Assembly (NCBI GenBank): GCA_001724265.1
Contig: MEDY01000092.1
Span: forward strand, 1-64,000
Direction: 5' to 3'
Length of the DNA: 64,000 nucleotides
Source of the DNA: Rhizaria sp. SCN 62-66
Taxonomy: Eukaryota
The position numbers and the translations under genes were made by a program. Positions 56,301 to 64,000 of the stretch are shown in pieces. The stretch's first letter is position 1. Every line of letters begins with the position of its first letter. Under the pieces are notes generated by a model. That model saw only the letters and a program-made list of their open reading frames with translations. It was not told the DNA's origin and made no database searches.

Positions 56301-58989
56301 CGGCCACGGCCACGGCGGCGCCCTCGGCGATGACGTCGGCGTCCTTGAGCGCGGGGACCTCGATGCAGCGCATCACCATGGCCGCTGCAAGCCACTTGAG
56401 TGCGCGCTCGGGCACAGTCACGCTCGCCTCGGCCATCGACGCGGCGTCGGTCGGTGGGAGCGCGCTGCCACCGCCGCTGTGCCGACCACCGCCGCCGCCG
56501 CTGTTTCGCGCGCCGTGACCGTGGTAGCCCGAGGGTACTGACTGCAGGTTGCCATACGAGGTGCCCACGCTGGTCATGTTGAACGGGAAACCGCCCCCGA
56601 CAGTGTTACTGGCCCTCGTGTGCGTGTCGGCAACGGGCATGCCGGAAGCAAGCGTGTAGCCTGACTGGCGCGAGACGCCAGCGGGCAGATCCAGCGCGCC
56701 GAGCACACGCGATAGCGCCGAGTCGGCGACGGAGGCCTCGACGTCGACGGCCACGGTCGCGACTGCGTTGGCGATCATCGTCGGGCTCTTGGCGAAGGAC
56801 ACCGAGGAGGCCATGGCGCTCAGCCCGCGTGCGTGGGGCACCGAATCGTCGGTCAAGGCGGCGCGTGCACTGGCCTTTTTGCTGCGAAGCAGGCTTTCGC
56901 TATCCTTTGCACTCCCAACGATGGGGTTGTTGCCGTCTTTACGCTTGGAGAACGAGGACGACGAGACAAGACCTGAACTACCGCCGCCACTGCGACCGCC
57001 GCTCTTATTGAGCCCGGTCGCGGCGCGAGGCCGCGGCACGGACCCAGGCCTGAAGCGGCGACTGAGCATCTTCTTTCCACCGCCACTGGTAGAGACCGCG
57101 AGGAGCGTGCCGGTCGTATTGGCAACACCGCGGACGCTGATCGCACCGCGCACGTCGTCGGTCTCGTTGATCGCGGCCGCGTCAGCGCTGGCAAAGGCGA
57201 AGTCCGTGTCACTGTCGCCGTCGTTGTCGCTGAAGCCGCCGGCGTTGCTATCACTGTCGCTCTGGAAGTCATCGTCGTCGCCATAGTAGTTCGCTGCGTC
57301 AGCGCCCCGGTGCTCGTCGTTGCTAATGTAACTCTCTTCTTCTTCCTCGCCGCCGCTGTCGTCGTCGCCGTCGTCGACGTCGTCTGGGTCCAGGTCGTGC
57401 TCTTCGGCAACGACGCCAAACCGCGCCTGCTGCTGTTGGTGTTGCTGCGCCGCCGCGGCCTCAAGATTGGCCACCGCGGCCGCCGCCGTCACGCGCTTGC
57501 GGGCGTCTGTGAAGGCGCGGTCAATGGTCCGATCTGCGCTCTCGACTGTGCGCGCCGTGGTGCCCAGTTGGACGAGCACGAAGGAGCAGCAACGCATCCA
57601 GCGCCAGGATCGCTCGGCCGCGCCCGAAGCCGCCCACGGCAACAGGAGCACGGCGACGGCCTTGACCGCGCTGGCAATGCACGCAGCCAGCGAGGGCCGC
57701 GCGCCGAGGGCCGGGTGCGCCGCGAGCTCGGCCGCCGAGTAGACGAAGCCGCGCATGAGGAGCGAGTGGAAGCGCGCGGCAGTGACGGCGAGGGCCAGGA
57801 AGTACGCGACGTGGAAGTGCACATTGTACACGAACGCGGCGGGCAGCGGCAGCGAGAAGCGGTGCCGCATGAGCACCAGGAGCAGCAGCCAGAACGCGGC
57901 GTTGCCAACCAGAAACACGACGTGCGCGATCGTCAAGTCGAGCGTCTTGACCCAGTCGACGTCGCCGCCGTGCCGCGCGACCGCGATGAGCGCGTCGACG
58001 CCGACGGCGATAAGCGGCGCGAGAGCGGCGACGACTGCCAGCACGTAGGCGCATGTGGCCGCGGTAGAGGTGTGCATGTGGCCCGTACTGCCGCGCTTCG
58101 GTAGCAGGTCCAAAGGGTTGCTGCTGCTCATCGCGTGCGGAGAGCCTCGCGCGTTCGCGTTCGTCACGCTATCACTGCTGCTGTTGCTCTTCTTCTTGTT
58201 GCGGAAGTCGGCCGATTCAGAGGAGAGCAGCGTGGCTAGAGCGCGCACGTGCGCGAGGGTGACGATCTTGGCGCAGGCGCGCGCGGCAACCGAGGCCGGG
58301 ACGACCGGGACGCCGTCCCCTGCACCGCCGACCGACTCTGAAAAGAGGGACGGCGTGAAGGGCAGCGGCGGGGCCGCGGCGTCGCGCGCGGAGCGGCATG
58401 ACAACGGCGGGACCAGCGGCAGCGGCACGCTGTTGGGGCCCACGTAGGTAACCGCGGCGCCTGATAGTGCGGCAGCGGCGGCGGCGGGGGCCGGGCCCAT
58501 CGCTACCGCGGCCGCGGCGGTCGCCGAGGAGGGGTACAGCGCGCACAGCACTGGGTTGCGGGCATCGAACTCACTGGCGATGCCGCCGCCGGAGAGGGAC
58601 GAGCCAAGCGCGGATGAGAAGAACGACGGACTGCCGGCGAACGAAAACGACTTGCGGCCCTTTGCGCCGGGCTTGCCGTGGGCGAGCGCGGCGGCGGAGG
58701 CGGCGGCGGCGGCAGCGGCTTCGGCGGCGGCCTTGTGCAGCACTGCGGACTCAAGCGCCTGGTACACGAGCGTGAGGAACGTGGCGTAGATGCGCGTCGC
58801 GAAGCGGTTGAGGCGGCGCACGGCCCAGACGCTGACAATGACGAGGAAGAGGAACGGGACGAGCCCGCCCAGCAGGTAGCTGGCGCAGGGCGTTAGAACG
58901 GCGTCGTCGAAGAGTAAAAACGGCGTGTTGACGCCGCAGAGTGACGCCTCGAAGGGCGAGACGCGCTCCAGGAAGGACAGCGAGGCCAT
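46198..58989 (-). CDS. ABCC (MRP-type) full ABC transporter, 4263 aa, single exon
   Basis: NBD1: GPVGSGKS, VGERGSNLSGGQRQR, FLFDAPLSALD, LATH. NBD2: GRTGAGKSS, IPQEPVLFTGSVRFNLDP, FSQGQRQL, LVDEATA, IAHRL. TMD2: FFDTTPTGRIVNRFSKD. TMD0-like helices at the N-terminus. Start inferred at ATG 58989. Stop TAA. Confidence 0.93.
53341..53373 (-). repeat. (CAG)n coding poly-Gln tract in ABCC
   Basis: Pure ctg run on the plus strand; encodes the poly-Q after RDRR. Confidence 0.9.
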
Positions 58990-59968
58990 CGCGGAAAAGC
59001 GAGCAGCAAGCGCGGGGGCGCTGTGAGGGTGATGACTGTGCGTAGACAAGAACTTGGCTTGAGGTTGATGTGCTCTGTGTGACGAGTTGAGCAGGCTTGA
59101 CACGGGGAGAGTGCCGTGATAGAAGTGGACCGGGCTTGGGCTGCGGCTGAGAGGAGAGAACCTAAGGGTTCCTGTGCAGCAAGCAGGGTCTTTTGAAAAA
59201 GGAAAATGCTGGTTTCCCGAAGCCAGCTGCAAGGCACGAAGCAAGGAAGGCAGGATGAAGGAGGGTGAGCAGAGATGCGCATCAGGTGCGAATGACAGGG
59301 TGCGCGCACCGAGGCGAGAGTCGTAGCAGTGACAAAAATTTATTTTTTCAAGAAACAGTTGATTGCGAGATCTCCACAGATACATTTATTTCCCTAAACA
59401 ACGGTTGATAGCAATCACCGTGATATCGTGAAGAGCAGGCGCGAGGTGGGTGGTCGGTCGACGTCGCCAACTGACCTTACGCACTCGTTCTTCGCAATTC
59501 GCATTTACTCTCAATACGATCTTCTCAAATTCAAAAGGCAAGTCGATATATAGCTTGGCATATAACATGTGAGAGGTATTAGCTCATGTATTTCGCTGAA
59601 ATGGTGCACTCTGGCGCTGATGAGTCGTTTGTTCTACAAAGCTAGCTCCCTTTCCTGTTTGTCGAGGTCTGTCACATCACTGTGGTATCTGCACGGTTAC
59701 GCGCGCCGCGCTGCGATATGCTCCCGCACTGTCCCTGGGCACACCTCTCTGCCAGCGCCCACGATTCCCGCACCCTGTGTCCGCGCTAACGCCTCAAACG
59801 GTGAGGTGGTGAGAGCGGACTTGCAAGACACGGTCGTGAACCGACACGAGAAGCGTTGTCATAGAGACAGCAATAGCGACAGCAGCAACACGGCGACGAT
59901 GACAGCAGCAAAGGTACAGATGTGACTGGGGCTGGGATTGCAGGCGAAATGACTCACTGCGGGCAGTT

Positions 59969-59991
59969 GTGTGTGTGTGTGTGTGTGTGTG
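59969..59991. repeat. (TG)n microsatellite
   Basis: Uninterrupted tg run of about 11 units. Confidence 0.9.
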
Positions 59992-62900
59992 ATATAAAAC
60001 AAAGAGACGAATAAGCAACGTATCGTTGACTTAACTGTGACACACGTGCAAAATAGGCGAGCAAAGAGAGCAAACACGAGGGGAAGAACGAAGAAGACGA
60101 TGCCGAGTAAAATGCGGAGATGGCAAGTGCTGATGTTAGCTGCGTCAGTGACAGTGGTAGCTGAGTGCTGCTGTAACGACGTCAGAAACAAAAACAATGA
60201 TGCCAAAGATATGTTACTCTCTGTGTACTCCATTCTGAAGATATTGGTGTTGCTGATGCTGCTGATGTTGACGTGTGAGTGCGCTGGGTTGGCGGTATAT
60301 ATGTAGTAACATGAACACAGATATCCAGACCCGTAAAAAAAACAACAACACTCATGAGATAAAAACAAATTTAAAGAGCAAAGAGAATAACAAGCGAGAA
60401 AAGAAAAGAAAAAACAGAAGAAACGATTGCTTCAGTTACAAGCAACAGCACAACATCAGCATAACAACAGAACGACGGAGAAGATATGTGAGTATCAAGC
60501 TGCAATTGCTGATAACGTGAGATGAAAGAGACACAGAAGAGACAGTGATCAAGATGCACTGGGTTGCTGCTGCGGCTCTTTAACATGACTCACTTGGCTA
60601 TCTCAATGATTGAAGTTGATGTTCAGGTAATGTTGTTGTTGGAGCTGATGAGTGTGTTGTTGCTATTATTGTTGGAGTTGCTGTTGGTTTGGTCACCAAA
60701 ACTGGGTTTGAGTGTCGCAGAGAAGAGGGAAGATCACGGGGTAGATATGGAGTTGGTTTTCGAGTCAATGGGTGAAATGGGATGAGAAAGTGACTGTGTT
60801 CGATGCGTTCATGCGTAAATGTAAGCACACACACAGCGAGATTATTGGCGTACGTCTCTTCGGTTAGTTCGATGCAGAATGAACGTGCAAGATTTAGCTC
60901 CAGTATGCGTGTTCAGTGGGATTGCGTCATATGCCCGCGTGCGTGTGTTTGATGTGTGCAAGCGCGATCATGTTGTGAGGCTTAAAATGAGCTCTCATGC
61001 AACACTACAACAGCTAGGCATCACAAACTCAGGCACGACCATACACAGACACATCAGCAGATAACACTCAACACGCACGAAAGAGATAAAACAAGAACTA
61101 ACATTGCACATGAACACACCTGAGACAACACAGGGAGGAAGCGCTAATAGTAGCACAGTCACAGACACATAACATATCACCCCTTACTGGCCACACAATC
61201 ACTTTGCTCGACTAGGACCGCCGAGACGGATGTCGTGTTGGTGTTTGCGAACGCTCGCACCCTCCGTGGCCATTTGAGCTGCGCGGAGAGCAATTGAGCA
61301 TAACAAGATACAGCAACAAGAAACAACAAGTGCGTACATCGAGAAACGAGAGGAAATGAGACGAAATGGTTGTTGAAGCATACTACCGAGACGTGTACCG
61401 TTGCTTTGTAGTCGTTGAAGCAAACAGTACTGCCAGTGCAGCTGTGTGTGCACTAATACATGTACGCTTGTCATTTGCGTGGGAGATTCAGGTTCGAACT
61501 TCCTGCTAGAAGCACCGCAGAGCTTAACTTTAAAACAAAGAAGCCGGGTAAATCGAGCGTGATGAATGTGCGACCAAAAAAACACCCCACAAAATAACCA
61601 AGAGTACACATTCGTACACAAACAGCACTTGTAGTCATAAAACACTGAAGATTGCCCATATATGGGTGCGGCTGACGTAGCATCAACGCACTTAGTAATG
61701 TCCACACACGAAGTAATATCAGTGAGCACGATGTCCAAGAGTGTACTGCAACAACAAGGAGATAGCGAGAGGCAAGAGACGACGCGAATAACGACATGTC
61801 GATATATAGCAGTAACGCACAACACACCATCACATGGAGTCCCAATGTTTGCGGTGGACATATTGCAGAAGTGCAAGATGCGATGAACCCAAGTACGTTG
61901 TACCGTGACTGGAGAAGATGTACACGTAAACTTGAGTGTCAAACAAACAAAATGAGCATGAGACAGGGTTATTTGCAACTGGACTCTGGACGTACAAAAT
62001 AAAAGGGCAGTGGTTGTAGAGTTAAAAACGTCGGGAGAGAGTGATACGACGCCATCACAACACAAACAACTGGTGAAGAAACGAGCAAGAACTAGACAAT
62101 AAAGTGAGTGCTAAAAAAAAAAACGTGGAGTTAGGGAAGGAACCTTCGCCAGCATGGTGCATACTATCGTAAAGTAAAGCAAGATCAAGCACACAAGCGC
62201 GCACGTAGAAACCGCAATCAACGAACGATGCGATGTTACACGCGAAGCATGCTGCCATGATTTGCCAGACAAGTAATAGGGGGAAACATACTGTTCACCT
62301 TGTCGCCGTGATGATATTTGTGACGTTATTAGGGTGATTTTGTCGCGACATCTAAACGAAAACACGCGTGGTATTTGTTGTAGGTTTTTGTTGGGTGTTT
62401 TGCGCGGAGAAAATAAGCGTTTGCTTTAGGTTCTCAATCACACTCTCAATTTCACGCACTTACTACGCTCTTGCGTGTCAGTATGCTGTGCTTGTTATAT
62501 GCGTAGAGGCTTTGTCGTGATGAATATTGCAGCACAGGTACCGTAGTTTCAGTTCACGTTTGTGTGAGTGTGATAAGTTATCATGCGATGGGTGCTGTGC
62601 TGAGTGTGCGTGGTGTGATATGACGGCGCTTGATATCAGCGCCAATAACAACACGGCACATAACTGCACTAAAACACGTCAAAACATACAATACCACACG
62701 GCACATTTAAGCACGGGTCAGATGCAGAAGAAAGCACATCCGACGAAGCCAACGTACACGAAAACAGAGTTAACACTACCATGGATACAAACGAGACAAA
62801 GCTACTACACATAAAGTGCACACAAACATCTGAAACTGGGGAAGAGCTAGTGAAGACGAAAGGGAGTGGGATGGAGGCGGAGAGGCGGATGTAGTAAAGC

Positions 62901-63795
62901 AAAAACTCGAAGGCCAGGAGCACGACCACACATGAATGGTGAGGTGCAGTCACACGAGAACGAGACAAACTAAAAAGAAGATCAAATGAAGATACAAATA
63001 AGCGTGCACATAAACAAGAGAACATGAAAAAAGAGTTACACATGATGAAGCAGGTGTGAACTGAAAGCACATGCTGTTAAACAAAAAATACAAGCAGTGA
63101 AGGAACCATATGGAGCGACAAAGAGTCGTCTTTGACGCTTAATCGAAACCTTAAGAGAAACATGAACTACTACTACTACTACTGTTACTAAGCTAAACGC
63201 ATTCAATTGTCGTTTAAACAACGTATGATATCACGTGTACGGTGAATGAGTGATTGTACGCGAGATGACACCGCTGTCATTTGGACTGTTGAACGAGACT
63301 GAAATACTGATCAACTGATTGATTTGGTGCAAAGTAGAAATTGGTTTTGCAGCAAAAAATGGGTGATATTGTTGCTTGAAGTCTTTGATGATCATTCTGA
63401 CGATCATAATATCGCATTGCGCCCCTTGGCAACAATGTTGAGATTTACGACATTCCAAGCACATGCTATCATTCTTCCGTGCTCAACTGTGTTCACAGTC
63501 GTGTGTTGGCTTGACACTCTCACTTAGAGATCGTGTGGAAAATGAATTCAGATGTTGACTGTTCGTTGCAGGGTTTCAGTGAGGATATAGGACACACTAC
63601 ACACATTGGGAGTGAATATAGTATTGTCCACATGATCACAGCAAGCACCACAAAATTGAACAAATAAATGACACACGAGTATACACAGTGCGCGAGCACT
63701 CGCGGTTGGGACGAACACAATGACAATCGCACAAAGGACTGCGTGACAGAGTGTGACCAATAAGAGTGCGAGTAATGAGATTGAGCAAGAGAAAA

Positions 63796-63811
63796 AGAGA
63801 GAGAGAGAGAG
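63796..63811. repeat. (AG)n microsatellite
   Basis: Uninterrupted ag run of about 8 units. Confidence 0.8.
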
Positions 63812-64000
63812 GGAGCATATGCGAGGCGAGATCCAGGAACAAGTCAAAGACAAGACAAGTTTCACAACACCAACAGTCGCAACGAAGTCTTACAATGACT
63901 GACAAGAACAAACAATTCATCGAATTGTTAATGTTATTTTCGCCACCGTCGGTTCGTTACTAGTGCCAATCGATTGCTGAGCCGTGATTGTTTTGTGATG

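Noticed and set aside
58990-59385. 132-codon upstream extension of the ABCC ORF, and similar extensions at 3335-3544 and 44211-44300
   Set aside because: Pyrimidine-rich, UTR-like composition. The downstream ATGs give a proper signal peptide or the onset of coding-type codon bias.

Overview
Gene-dense nuclear DNA from a flagellated microbial eukaryote: GC-rich exons, AT-rich spliceosomal introns of about 95-340 nt, and no bacterial, viral or mobile-element signature. By joining exons by hand I reconstruct 17 protein-coding genes: the CCT5 3' end, REEP/DP1, a secreted saposin-domain proprotein, threonine synthase, a PUB-domain protein, a GPI-anchored surface protein, CENP-S-like, a divergent PCI protein, NMD3, a membrane-anchored amidohydrolase-3, a 2.5-kaa nine-exon protein of unknown function, TTLL, DNAL1, ARL2BP, a second secreted acidic proprotein, EBP2 and a 4263-aa intronless ABCC transporter. 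The last ~4.6 kb has no recognisable gene. Main result: two otherwise intact genes each carry an in-frame TAG inside a conserved domain, at a position that is normally polar or acidic (7367-7369 minus, 19361-19363 plus), while none of the 17 genes ends in TAG (13 TAA, 4 TGA). This suggests a variant nuclear code in which UAG alone is a sense codon (Gln or Glu); sequencing error, nonsense alleles and readthrough are not excluded. Second result: 26 of 30 introns start GTACG, an unusual +4C donor consensus that points to a modified U1/U6 recognition system. Family assignments come from recognised motifs; no database search was run.
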